From Candidatus Latescibacterota bacterium (lineage in GTDB: Bacteria; Latescibacterota; UBA2968; UBA8231): a stretch of DNA of 64,000 bases. Shown here piece after piece: positions 52,453-61,991 of the stretch (positions are counted from its first letter, which is position 1; the number at the start of each line of letters is the position of its first letter). The position numbers and the translations under genes were made by a program. The stretch lies in the NCBI GenBank assembly GCA_965223905.1, contig CBDCXV010000010.1:1280001-1344000 (forward strand). The letters are read 5' to 3'. Below the pieces are notes generated by a model. It saw nothing but the letters and a program-made list of their open reading frames with translations. It ran no database searches and was not told the origin of the DNA.

Positions 52453-53372
52453 ATGAGGGCGACGTTGCTTCCGATGTTGGTGCTGGCATTCTACCTGATT
52501 GCCGCGGGCAGCTCCGTGCAGGCGCATTGGGGGGATCGGGTGTACCCCATATACGAACTGACGGAGAGCATGCTGGCAGATATCGATGTGACGGATGGCT
52601 TGATCGATGAATGGCAGGAGATTGGGCCGCCTTCAGCGACGGGTCTGGACTTTTCAGTCTTCTCCTTGTGGGAGGAGCCGGAATACGATCCATCCGATCT
52701 GGATTTACGGCTGTGGTTGGGTTGGTCGGCGTCTCAGAGCCGGATCTACGTGGCTCTGGCATGCGTGGACAACGTGGGGGTCAATCGGACCAACTACGAC
52801 CCCGCAGACGAACACTTGCCACTCGATGGATTCGGCTTCTACGTCGATGCCGATCACAGCGGCGGCGATTTTTTTCCGACGGCCGCCCCTGACTAAGTGA
52901 AGAGTACAAGCTGCAGGACGACGCCCAAGTACAGAGTTACGGCATCTCGCCAGATGTACCACCCGGCGAGGATAATATTCTGGGCATGTCGGCTTGGGCG
53001 GACTGGCCGGAGGAGCCGCCCTTTGGCCAAGGATTCGGAATCACACACGGGGAAAACCCGTCTATTTGGGTTGTCGAGTTTTACCTGACGCCGTTTGACC
53101 TCTTTGTGTATTCGGGGGCGGAAGAGAGTGCCGTCTCGGCCCTGTCCGCCGGCAAGGTCATTGGTTTCAGATGTCTGGTTAACGATGCCGACGGCGGCGT
53201 TTTATTCACGGAGAATTTCAAGAGATACCTTCTGCCCGCGATGGGTCTGGACGCACACCTAGAGAACGAAGTCAACGCGGATTCGTTTGCTGATGGGGTT
53301 CTGATCGGAGCAGAAGGTACGGTGGTCGAAGATCTCACCTGGGGCCGGATCAAGGCGTCGTTGGACAGATGA
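52453..53372 (+). pseudogene. Secreted sugar-binding-like protein with WGRIK tail; frameshift near 52893
   Basis: Signal peptide, DGLIDEW, DLDLRLWLGW, VDADHSGG; second frame VEFYLTPFD...TVVEDLTWGRIKAS. Confidence 0.65.
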
Positions 53373-53467
53373 TTGCGGCAGTGCCTGTCAGGGGACTTGA
53401 CCGCCGTAAGCAATACCACCGTGTGGGAGTATCTGATTACGACCGTTCAGCCAAATACGTACCATCG

Positions 53468-53532
53468 TTTCGGATAAGTAACCCTCGGGCGGTTGTTATC
53501 CGAACAATTGGTTCGGGTACAATCAGTTAGGC
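53468..53532 (+). other. Putative integron attI-like site heading the cassette array
   Basis: First GTTAGGC core (53526-53532) has no upstream attC hairpin; it is preceded by ttcggataa/ttatccgaa and ccgaac/gttcgg inverted repeats. Confidence 0.55.
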
Positions 53533-53865
53533 GAAGGCATAAGAAAAAATGGATGGATTTGGTGGAGTATAGATCATGAGAGGGTGTTGGAGAGTTCGGG
53601 CTGGCGCTTTGCAGTGGAGGAGCATTTACGGAGATGGTCGCCTCGTCGCACGTGATTTCCCAACCCCGTCCGGCGCGCTAATACCGCTTGGGCGTTGCGT
53701 TTTACCTGGTCAAGAAATGATGAAATCAATGGGCAGTTGGGGAGATCGGGACCTGCGGATTGGGAGACCGACGAAAGATGGAGGGCTGAGGAGGGGCGCC
53801 GGACGGCCTCTCCACCACCCAAGCCCGAGAGTTTCTCCCATCGTGGTCGATCCGAGCAGGCCCTC
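53533..53865. other. ORF-less cassette A (candidate ncRNA or promoter cassette)
   Basis: No credible ORF; paralog of 54924-55255. Confidence 0.7.
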
Positions 53866-53949
53866 GCCTAACACCTGTTCCCCCGGCTTCGGGCCCTGCG
53901 GGCCCTCCGCCAAACCGCTGTGCGGTTCGGGGGCACTGAGACGTTAGCC
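53866..53949 (+). other. attC 1
   Basis: GCCTAAC...GTTAGCC, 84 bp. Confidence 0.9.
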
Positions 53950-53953
53950 GCAA

Positions 53954-54721
53954 GTGGCATTACAACTGACCCATTCCGTGACCAACATGCTGAGCGAGAT
54001 CTACCGGACGAGTTTCGAGTGGGCCAAGCTGGGTGGCCATATCATCGAACACCGTTTTGGAGTCACCGTTTACAACTTGGACCACCCTGAGTACAACGAG
54101 AATAACTGCCTTTGGTATTTCGATCCAGGATTGGCGGATGAGTTTACTTTCCAGGTGGTTGTGGCGGAATTCGAAAGCCTGGGTGTGAGCTGCTCTCAAT
54201 GGGTTCCTTCCCCTTCCGCCAATCTGGATTTATGTGACAATTACTTCCGTGTTCATGAGATGGCTGATTCACCAGGAGAAGGCTTATTGCTCGATCTTGA
54301 TAGGGAATACCACGCTGACGCGAGAATCTGCGCGAAACGCAGCAACAAGCAATCCCTTGCGCAGGTCTATTCCTTGAGTGGCCAGAGATCAACTAGCACT
54401 GTCACGAGGAACAAAGCCTTATCTCTTTTGGGGATAGCGAACTACGAATCGTATGTTTGCTACTGGGATGGGGAACTGGCGGGCAGAGCTGGACTGCTGA
54501 GGGTTCCGGGAAAAGTCGCTCGATTGAAGAGCATTTTCGTCGGCGCCACATTTCGCCGTCAGGGAGTTGCTAGCAGCCTGATAAGGGTGATCGCCACCAA
54601 AGCGAGGGAACTGGGGTACCGCTATCTAGCGTCCGAAGTAGACCCTTCCAACGAGGCGTCGTCGGAATGTCATCGAAAGGTAGGGTTCAAAACCGCAGGG
54701 CTTGTTCACGCGTACAAATGA
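53954..54721 (+). CDS. GNAT-family acetyltransferase (cassette)
   Basis: FVGATFRRQGVASSL; N.AS..CHRKVGF. Confidence 0.85.
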   Translation: MALQLTHSVTNMLSEIYRTSFEWAKLGGHIIEHRFGVTVYNLDHPEYNENNCLWYFDPGLADEFTFQVVVAEFESLGVSCSQWVPSPSANLDLCDNYFRVHEMADSPGEGLLLDLDREYHADARICAKRSNKQSLAQVYSLSGQRSTSTVTRNKALSLLGIANYESYVCYWDGELAGRAGLLRVPGKVARLKSIFVGATFRRQGVASSLIRVIATKARELGYRYLASEVDPSNEASSECHRKVGFKTAGLVHAYK

Positions 54722-54839
54722 CTCGGAGATGGACATCACGCCTATTCCTCGGAGTGAAAGATCAAAACCAGTTGTGTACGTTGTGCCGGCTTTTTAAGGC
54801 CAACCGCGGTTTCTTCGCGTCGAAGGCCAAGCCACCAGC

Positions 54840-54923
54840 GGCTAACACGCCGGGCTGCGGCTCCGGCCATCCGGCCTTCGCCCAACCCGCTTCGCGGGTT
54901 CGCAGCCCACGAAAGCGTTAAGC
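54840..54923 (+). other. attC 2
   Basis: GGCTAAC...GTTAAGC, 84 bp. Confidence 0.9.
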
Positions 54924-55255
54924 GAAGGCCAAGGAAAATTTGATTGATTTGGTGGAGTATAGGTCATGATAGGCTGTTGCGGAGTTCGGGGTGGTCCCTC
55001 GCGGTGAGGAAGCATTTGCAGAGATGGGCGGCTCGTCGCACGTGATTCCCCACCCCGTCCGGCGCGCTAATACCGCTTGGGCGTTGCGTTTTACCTGGTC
55101 AGGAAAAGACGAGATCAATGGGCAGTTGGAGAGGTCGGGACCTGCGGATTGGGAGACCGACGAAAGATGGAGGGCTGAGCAAGGGCGCCGGACGGCCTCT
55201 CCACCGCCCAAGCCCGAGAGTTTTCTCCCATCGTGGTCGGGCAGAGCAGGCCCTC
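54924..55255. other. ORF-less cassette B (paralog of A)
   Basis: Colinear with cassette A, with long identical blocks and 1-bp indels. Confidence 0.7.
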
Positions 55256-55340
55256 GCTTAACACCTGTGTCCCCGGCTCCGGGCCCTGCGGGCCCCTCGC
55301 GCAACCGCTTCGCGGTTCGGGGGCACGGAAGACGATATAT
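55256..55340 (+). other. attC 3 (R' = GATATAT)
   Basis: GCTTAAC...GATATAT; body resembles attC 1. Confidence 0.85.
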
Positions 55341-55432
55341 GACATGGGTTGTCACAGTACCAGTGAAATTCGACAGAGGCAAAGCTGGCACGGTTGAAAT
55401 CATGAGCCTGCAGGCGCTGGAGAAAAACTGAC

Positions 55433-55924
55433 GTGGATCGCGTAGCCGTATTCGCAGATGTACAGAATGTTTACTACACAGTTAAGCAGCAACATAATTG
55501 CCATTTCGACTATGGTTCTTTCCTCAGGGAGGCGACAGCCGGCCGGAAACTGGTGAAGGCAGTAGCCTATGCTATTGACAAAGGCGACAGAAAGCAGGCC
55601 CAATTTCAGAAAATTCTGAAACGGCTCGGTTTTGAGGTAAAGCTCGCGCCTTATATTCAGAGAGCTGACGGCTCAGCCAAAGGGGACTGGGACGTGGGCA
55701 TTACGGTCGATATGTTGGAGTACGCAGATCGCGTGGATGTCGCTGTCCTGGCTTCAGGTGACGGAGACTACGCGCCTGCAATTGACAAGCTAATCAAGGA
55801 ATCCAAGGTATCCGTCGAGGTGTACGGTGTCCCAGGACTAACTGCTAGTCGTCTAATCGAATCGGCGACGCGATTTGTGCCAATTCAAGGAGATCTGTTG
55901 CTGCCTATTCCCACCACGTGGTGA
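55433..55924 (+). CDS. NYN-domain (LabA/DUF88) protein (cassette)
   Basis: FADVQNVYY, KGDWDVGITVD, SGDGDY, VEVYGV. Confidence 0.9.
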   Translation: MDRVAVFADVQNVYYTVKQQHNCHFDYGSFLREATAGRKLVKAVAYAIDKGDRKQAQFQKILKRLGFEVKLAPYIQRADGSAKGDWDVGITVDMLEYADRVDVAVLASGDGDYAPAIDKLIKESKVSVEVYGVPGLTASRLIESATRFVPIQGDLLLPIPTTW

Positions 55925-56021
55925 CGTGGAAGCGACACTGTTGCAAAGCCATGCACGCTAACGCACTCTCGCGTCGCTACCTCTCTGCGTTGATCAGCCT
56001 TGGAGCAATCATACCCACGTC

Positions 56022-56111
56022 ATATATCACAGCAATTCACGCTGCCGCCATTCGGCGCTTGGCCTTCGGCAAGTCGCTTTCGCGACTTCGTGAATTGTGA
56101 GAACGTTACAT
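56022..56111 (+). other. attC 4 (R'' = ATATATC)
   Basis: ATATATC...GTTACAT; caattcacg/cgtgaattg L boxes. Confidence 0.85.
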
Positions 56112-56154
56112 GAAATGCTTGATAGATATCTGCGATAGACGCTGACAACACGAG

Positions 56155-56784
56155 ATGGACGTAAATCTTCTCTCATCGCGACTTGCCTCGGAATTGGGCT
56201 CGAATAGACTCCTCGTAGCCGCACTCGATGGTCCCGGCGGAGCTGGAAAGTCAACCATCGCCAGGAAACTAAGCGAGAGGTGTAATCTCATCTCAATCGT
56301 TCACGGGGATGACTTCTATGCTCCAATGGAGGAGCATGCGAGAATGGCTCTAACGCCTGAAAATGGTTACATGAGGTATTTTGATTGGGCGAGAATACGG
56401 AGTGAGCTTCTTGAACCCTTATCGCGTGGAGATCGAGCTCGCTACAAGCGCTATGATTGGGGGAGCAACCAGCTGGCGGAGTGGGTTGATCAACCGGCTG
56501 AGGGCATCATCCTGATCGATGGGGTCTATTCATTTCGGCCCGAATTGAGGAAATTCTATGGCTACTCCATTTTCGTCGACACTCCGAAAGCCGAATGTCT
56601 GGATAGGCTGGTCAAGCGAGGTGAAAACACAGACGAATGGATTCGGAGATGGAGGGCAGCGGAAGATTACTATCTGACGCATATAGACACTGCCAGTGCT
56701 GTTTCCGTCGTTGTTTCAGGCATAGGAAGCGCTGGAGCATCGGATCCGATATCGCGACCGAGGATATCCGCGCACTTCATGTAA
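56155..56784 (+). CDS. Uridine-kinase-like P-loop protein (cassette)
   Basis: DGPGGAGKST, HGDDFY, IDGVY; stop codon lies inside the R'' ATGTAAC. Confidence 0.85.
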   Translation: MDVNLLSSRLASELGSNRLLVAALDGPGGAGKSTIARKLSERCNLISIVHGDDFYAPMEEHARMALTPENGYMRYFDWARIRSELLEPLSRGDRARYKRYDWGSNQLAEWVDQPAEGIILIDGVYSFRPELRKFYGYSIFVDTPKAECLDRLVKRGENTDEWIRRWRAAEDYYLTHIDTASAVSVVVSGIGSAGASDPISRPRISAHFM

Positions 56785-56859
56785 CACCGTGCCCCCGGCT
56801 TCGGGGCAAAGCCCCTTAGCCCAACCGCTACGCGGTTCGGGAGCACTGAAACGTTAGCC
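56779..56859 (+). other. attC 5
   Basis: ATGTAAC...GTTAGCC, 81 bp. Confidence 0.9.
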
Positions 56860-56929
56860 GAAATGTCGGTTTGAGGCTTACATCATTGCCTCGAGTTGTG
56901 ATTCAACAGAATCAGAAGGAGATGGTCCC

Positions 56930-58642
56930 TTGATAGGTGATTTTGATGTCGATCCGATCACAGGGCGCCTCGTTCTGTGGTGCCGGAGCATTTCCGGAGA
57001 AACCTGGTTGAAAATTACGGAGCCCTCAGGTGAGATCATTGGGGAAGTACCGCCTGAATTTCTTCCCCATCATCCGCGTTGGGCTCCAGATGGACTTCGT
57101 CTTACGTTTTCTGGGAACGATGGCCGCATCGGTGTCTATGAGCTATCTCAGAATGACATAAGGGTCGTCTACGAAGATCAATCCATGCAAGCGGGGTTCA
57201 GCCAGTGGTCGCCAAACGGCACAAGCCTCGTGTTTTCTGCCTACGAAAAGCACAGTACCGAGCAATTGAATAAACGGCCACCTGACATTTTTCACCTCAC
57301 ATTGGATAGCGGCAAACTTGATAGATTGACCGCATCGAAGGACAGTGTGGACAGGTTTCCAAATTGGTCCCCATCCGGTGACCTGATTGCATTTCATCGG
57401 CAAAACCTGGAGGAGCTTAACAAGCCTAAGAAAGTGCATCTATTTGATCTTCAACGTCAAAGAATATCCTTGCTCCTGCCCGAGGCAAATGGTAACCGAT
57501 TTGGTCGATTCCCCTGGTCACGTGACGAAAGCTGGTTTGCACTTCACGTGTCCGACGAGAAGGAAGGGACCGTTCACGTTGTAGATCTTACGGGCCGAGA
57601 TTCCGGGTGGATCTATGAAGATGGGCCTGTGAAAGAAGGTGCATTTTCAAACTCGACGAACAGGCTTCTCTGCGTCAGACCCGATGAGCTTGTTTGGGTG
57701 CAGTTTCCCGTAGGCCGCGTAGATTCACGCATCAGATTGGATTCCGGGGTTAGCGTGGCGAAGAACCTGACTTGGTATCAAATCGCCTTCAGAGCCGACA
57801 GCGATACCGTCTTTTTTCTTGGAACAGACCATAAGGTTTACCGCTGGAAAGAATCTGAAGGATGCACTGTCGTAGCTGAGCATACCGAACCCGTACCGAG
57901 TTTTAGGCTTGAGGAATTTACGGTTCCTGCTTCGGATGGTTTAGCTCTTCCAGCACAGCGGTTGGTTCCGCCGTCTCCACGAGAGCTCGCTGTTCTGTAT
58001 GTGCATGGTGGGCCTGGAGGCAGCCTCGATAGAAATGACTCATGGGCTTTAGGGCTGCTTCGCCAGGGATTCGAGATTGTGCGCGTGGCTTATAGGGGCT
58101 CTACCGGCTTCGGCGAGGACCTCGATCGAGCGAACACCGGGGTCGCCGGGGTCGCAGACGTTCAGGATGTATTAGACTGTGGAATCTACTGGCAGCAACA
58201 CTTTAGTACAGGCAGGAGAATCGCTCTGTTCGGTAATAGCTATGGCGGGTTTCTAAGTCTCCTTGCCCTGGCAGATGCATCTTCACCATTCGTAGGTGGG
58301 ATCTCCACGTGCACTTGCACAAGTCTTCGAATCATGCGCCTCCATCATGATAGATTCCTTCCAAGTAGTCCAACGGAACGCGAGAAAGCATTAGTTGAGC
58401 GATCCGTATTGACACATGCTACCCATATAAAGAGGCCAATCCTGCTGGTTCATGGCGCGCTTGATACCGTCGCGACCACAAGCGAAATGCAGCACGTCGA
58501 GAAACTCATTAATGACTCTGGCGGCAACTGTACGCTAATCGTCTTTGGCGACGACACACACAGTTTGGCAAAGCACCGCGAAGAAATATACGAAAAGGCT
58601 ATCCAATTCTATGAAAAGTGTTCAACGCCTGGACAGGATTGA
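56930..58642 (+). CDS. S9 prolyl-oligopeptidase-family protein with TolB-like propeller (cassette)
   Basis: WAPDG and WSPNG repeats, HGGPG, YRGSTGFG, GNSYGG, HGALD, DDTH. Confidence 0.88.
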   Translation: MIGDFDVDPITGRLVLWCRSISGETWLKITEPSGEIIGEVPPEFLPHHPRWAPDGLRLTFSGNDGRIGVYELSQNDIRVVYEDQSMQAGFSQWSPNGTSLVFSAYEKHSTEQLNKRPPDIFHLTLDSGKLDRLTASKDSVDRFPNWSPSGDLIAFHRQNLEELNKPKKVHLFDLQRQRISLLLPEANGNRFGRFPWSRDESWFALHVSDEKEGTVHVVDLTGRDSGWIYEDGPVKEGAFSNSTNRLLCVRPDELVWVQFPVGRVDSRIRLDSGVSVAKNLTWYQIAFRADSDTVFFLGTDHKVYRWKESEGCTVVAEHTEPVPSFRLEEFTVPASDGLALPAQRLVPPSPRELAVLYVHGGPGGSLDRNDSWALGLLRQGFEIVRVAYRGSTGFGEDLDRANTGVAGVADVQDVLDCGIYWQQHFSTGRRIALFGNSYGGFLSLLALADASSPFVGGISTCTCTSLRIMRLHHDRFLPSSPTEREKALVERSVLTHATHIKRPILLVHGALDTVATTSEMQHVEKLINDSGGNCTLIVFGDDTHSLAKHREEIYEKAIQFYEKCSTPGQD

Positions 58643-58662
58643 GCTTTACAGGTCCACACAGC

Positions 58663-58746
58663 AGCTAACACATGGGTCACGGCTTCGGGCCATACGGCCC
58701 TTCGCCCAACTCACTTCGTGAGTTCGTGACCCATCAAACGTTATAC
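58663..58746 (+). other. attC 6
   Basis: AGCTAAC...GTTATAC; atgggtcacg/cgtgacccat. Confidence 0.9.
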
Positions 58747-58757
58747 GCCCCAACAAG

Positions 58758-59507
58758 ATGCTGGAGGAACAGGTGGCCGGAAGTAGAGATGATCTCAGAG
58801 AGGCGGTAGAGCGCGGCGACCTCTCCACTGTCAAACGGCTGTTACATACGGAGCCAGGTCTTCTCCACGAGTCCATCCCTCCATGCGATGATCGCAAACA
58901 ACGAGGCCAGATTCTCAGATACCGACCGATGACGCTCGCCGCCGTGGAGTGTCAGACAGAAATTCTCTCTTTTCTGATTGCCGAGGGGGGCGATGTGATG
59001 GAGTACAGCAATTTTCCACTCTGTCGAGCATCACTCTACGACCGTTGTATTCCAACTCTGGAGTTACTGGTTCAGCATGGCGCAGAGGTAAATCGAGTCG
59101 GTAATGACTACGGTCCGCCGTTGATATTCGCGTGCGAAGGAATGGCCCTCGATTGCATCGCATGGTTGCTGGACAACGGCGCGGCAATCACAGGGACTGG
59201 TCCGAGTTTATCTGAAACCGTGTCTTGGAATGCCCTCAAACATGCGGGCTTCTTCAACCGGAAGTGTTCGGGCATGCTTGATTTGCTCCTCGAGCATGGC
59301 GCTGACGTCAACAGTTCAGTTGTTGATGAGGTTGGCGGAGATCCTGAGACTACGGTACTGCACAATGTCGTGGAAAGCGGGGATATTGCTGGCGTGGAGC
59401 TCCTGCTTACCCATGGGGCTGACCAAGATGCCAAAAATGGCAAGGGACAGCGCCCGGTCGAGGTGGCTCGGGAACGCAAAGTCAGAGAACTACTAGAGAA
59501 CATCTGA
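58758..59507 (+). CDS. Ankyrin-repeat protein (cassette)
   Basis: Repeated LL.HGA.VN and PL..A motifs; KNGKGQRP. Confidence 0.85.
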   Translation: MLEEQVAGSRDDLREAVERGDLSTVKRLLHTEPGLLHESIPPCDDRKQRGQILRYRPMTLAAVECQTEILSFLIAEGGDVMEYSNFPLCRASLYDRCIPTLELLVQHGAEVNRVGNDYGPPLIFACEGMALDCIAWLLDNGAAITGTGPSLSETVSWNALKHAGFFNRKCSGMLDLLLEHGADVNSSVVDEVGGDPETTVLHNVVESGDIAGVELLLTHGADQDAKNGKGQRPVEVARERKVRELLENI

Positions 59508-59516
59508 GGTTGGAGC

Positions 59517-59607
59517 GCATAACCGCACGTTTGGCGATGCGGCGCTTAGCGCGCCTCGGCCTTCGGCAACCCGCTAAGCGGGTTCGCAAACCGGCAACCC
59601 GTTAGCG
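59517..59607 (+). other. attC 7
   Basis: GCATAAC...GTTAGCG, 91 bp. Confidence 0.88.
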
Positions 59608-59662
59608 GCAATGGAGTTCAGGCCTGGCATGTTCCTCTGGCCAGTCATCAGGAGGCACCAAG

Positions 59663-60148
59663 ATGGAGAATATAATCCTTTCGTTGCAGGGTTTCTCTGT
59701 GTTCCTGCAAATCGCTTTCCTAGTCACTTTGATAGCAATCGCACAGACTCTTCGACGCTCAATTGGAATTTGGAGCCCCTCTTGGATTGTTATCTTTTTC
59801 TCTCTGAAATATTTGGGGGAGTATGCTAATCCCTTCCTGATGAAACTGCTGACTGAGGAATGGACGGCGTTAACAGTCCCAAACGCGCCGGTCACCTTAG
59901 GGCAGTTGTTTGTATTTCTCAGTTCCGCTCACCTGATATTCATACTGCTGGGTGCTTTCGGCCTCCTCGCCCTGGTCTTGTCGGACCTATCCCATTCTTT
60001 GTGGGGCGCAGACGACATACACCCCTCACGTTGGTTTCAGTGTTTCGAGTTGGTCGGCCGTCATCGACTCGGATTCGGGTTGGCTACGGTGCTGTTGGCT
60101 GTAGCGCACCCTGCCCTTCTGGTGGGCCTTCTGTTGAGTAACAATTGA
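59663..60148 (+). CDS. Hypothetical membrane protein (cassette)
   Basis: aggagg SD, about four hydrophobic segments, fills the cassette. Confidence 0.7.
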   Translation: MENIILSLQGFSVFLQIAFLVTLIAIAQTLRRSIGIWSPSWIVIFFSLKYLGEYANPFLMKLLTEEWTALTVPNAPVTLGQLFVFLSSAHLIFILLGAFGLLALVLSDLSHSLWGADDIHPSRWFQCFELVGRHRLGFGLATVLLAVAHPALLVGLLLSNN

Positions 60149-60165
60149 GACTGGCAGACCACAGC

Positions 60166-60247
60166 CGATAACACCGTGCCCCTGGCTCCGGCGCCTGCGC
60201 GCCTACGCGCAACCGCTTCGCGGTTCGGGGGCACTGAGACGTTAGAA
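60166..60247 (+). other. attC 8
   Basis: CGATAAC...GTTAGAA, 82 bp. Confidence 0.88.
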
Positions 60248-60344
60248 GAAATGGAAAAAAGAATCAGCGCTTAAGTAAGAAATCGCCTGAATAAAGGTAG
60301 AGGTACGATATATTCGCCGTTCAGTTTTTAGGCAGGAGTTTTTA

Positions 60345-61304
60345 ATGAATAGCAAGGCTAGTATCGTAGATGAGTTTTTGCTTAAAGGGGTCATCGGTAT
60401 GAGCAGGGCGATCGGTAAGAATCGTATGTCTGGCCATCCAGGCGCTGCGATGCTTGCTGCATATTTCTTTTGTGTTGAGAATGCCCTGTCAGACGAGGTT
60501 CAGGCCGAGGTCTATAATCTCGTGAGACGCATGGTCAACTCAGAATCAATGTGGTTCAGCAGAGATGGAGAATCTTCAACCAATGAGATCTTCTTTTCTA
60601 CCAAACCAGATCAGAGACCAAACGCGGATCTAATCCCGTCTGTTGCCACTGCACTAGAACCCAGTATCACCGAATGTCGGGATTCAGGACACAATACTAT
60701 CTTCGCGTCGTTAGTACTGAAGGCACTGCACACCGCGCCACATTATGCATTTCCTGCGATTATTGAAGGTATCATAAACTTGCTCAAAGCTTTTGAGGGA
60801 CGTGGGCCGGGATGGGCACGTGTACCAGGTAATGAGAAATTAGCAGATCCCCGTGAGTTTTCGGTACCTCAAGAACTGGATGATCCTTCCTATGAGAGCC
60901 ATATCGACATGATCGAAGCAGTATCCCGCTATGTCGTACCAGATAACTTCGCCAAAAAAGGCGTTGGTGGGCCGATCCATGTCATAGATCATGCCGTAGC
61001 TCTGTTAGATCTGCACGCGTTGGGGTATTCTTCGTTGGCGAATAGAGGACTGGCAGCTCATCAGCAACATATGAAGTTGTGGCTGGGCCTCCCTAAATTT
61101 CCGCAAGCTGAAAACAGCTACTCCGTGAAATCGAAGCACGATCCTCGCGCATTGGACTACTGGCGTGAGAAGATAACCATAAAAGATGGTGGCGGTGATG
61201 AACACCGACTGAAGATTCTCTATGGCGCGCACCGTTTTGCCGAGTGCATTACAGACGTAAACAAACGTCGAAGTTTTCTTGAAAGTGCGGCGCACCTGTT
61301 TTGA
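60345..61304 (+). CDS. Hypothetical helical protein with spaced His motifs (cassette)
   Basis: aggag SD; GHPGA, GHNTIF, HVIDH, EHRLK; fills the cassette. Confidence 0.7.
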   Translation: MNSKASIVDEFLLKGVIGMSRAIGKNRMSGHPGAAMLAAYFFCVENALSDEVQAEVYNLVRRMVNSESMWFSRDGESSTNEIFFSTKPDQRPNADLIPSVATALEPSITECRDSGHNTIFASLVLKALHTAPHYAFPAIIEGIINLLKAFEGRGPGWARVPGNEKLADPREFSVPQELDDPSYESHIDMIEAVSRYVVPDNFAKKGVGGPIHVIDHAVALLDLHALGYSSLANRGLAAHQQHMKLWLGLPKFPQAENSYSVKSKHDPRALDYWREKITIKDGGGDEHRLKILYGAHRFAECITDVNKRRSFLESAAHLF

Positions 61305-61370
61305 AAATGCGCCTAACGGCGAGCGTTGTTGGCTCTCTTTTTCTTTTACAGAAACTAAATATGCCACTTC

Positions 61371-61457
61371 TTCTAACACATCCATTTACGCTACGGCGCT
61401 ACGCGCCTTGGCCTTCGGCAACCCGCTGCGCGGGGTCGCAAACCGGGGACGTTAGAG
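61371..61457 (+). other. attC 9
   Basis: TTCTAAC...GTTAGAG, 87 bp. Confidence 0.9.
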
Positions 61458-61991
61458 GCCATGCGGCCAGACAAGAGGACAATCGCAAATGAGGCTTGGG
61501 AGAATCTGACGATGCTGGAAGAGGGTGAATCCGTCCAAGGTTGTGTCAATCCCGTTGTGCGGATTGGAGATACCGTGCGCAGGCCTATCCATAGCTGGAC
61601 TCCAGCCGTCCATTCCTTGCTGCACTACTTGGAGGCGGTTGGCTTTTCAGGATCTCCCCGTGTCCTCGGATTCGACGAACTGGGAAGAGAGGTGCTTTCG
61701 TTCATCCCAGGGGAAGTTGCTCTGCGACCATGGCCGGAGGTGATGGGTGAGGAGAAGGGCCTCGCTGAGGTCGCCCGTTTTCTCTCCAGATATCACAATG
61801 CCGTGAAAGACTTTGAGCCACCAGAGAATGCTGAATGGTATGTTCCCATGTGACGTGGCGACCAGGAATGACCATCCGACACGGGGATCTTGGACCCTGG
61901 AATACTATCTGGGAAGGGCGAACCTTAAACTGGAGTTGACCCGATTTCGTGGACACTTCATTTCTTGGAGAAAGAAAGGAGATGTCCAACC

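Noticed and set aside
53500-53516. Gram-positive-type LexA box
   Set aside because: The CGAAC/GTTCG spacer is 5 nt rather than 4.
53765-53800. Hammerhead ribozyme (CGAAA and CTGAGGA) in ORF-less cassette A
   Set aside because: Only 9 nt separate the motifs, and the paralog has CTGAGCA.
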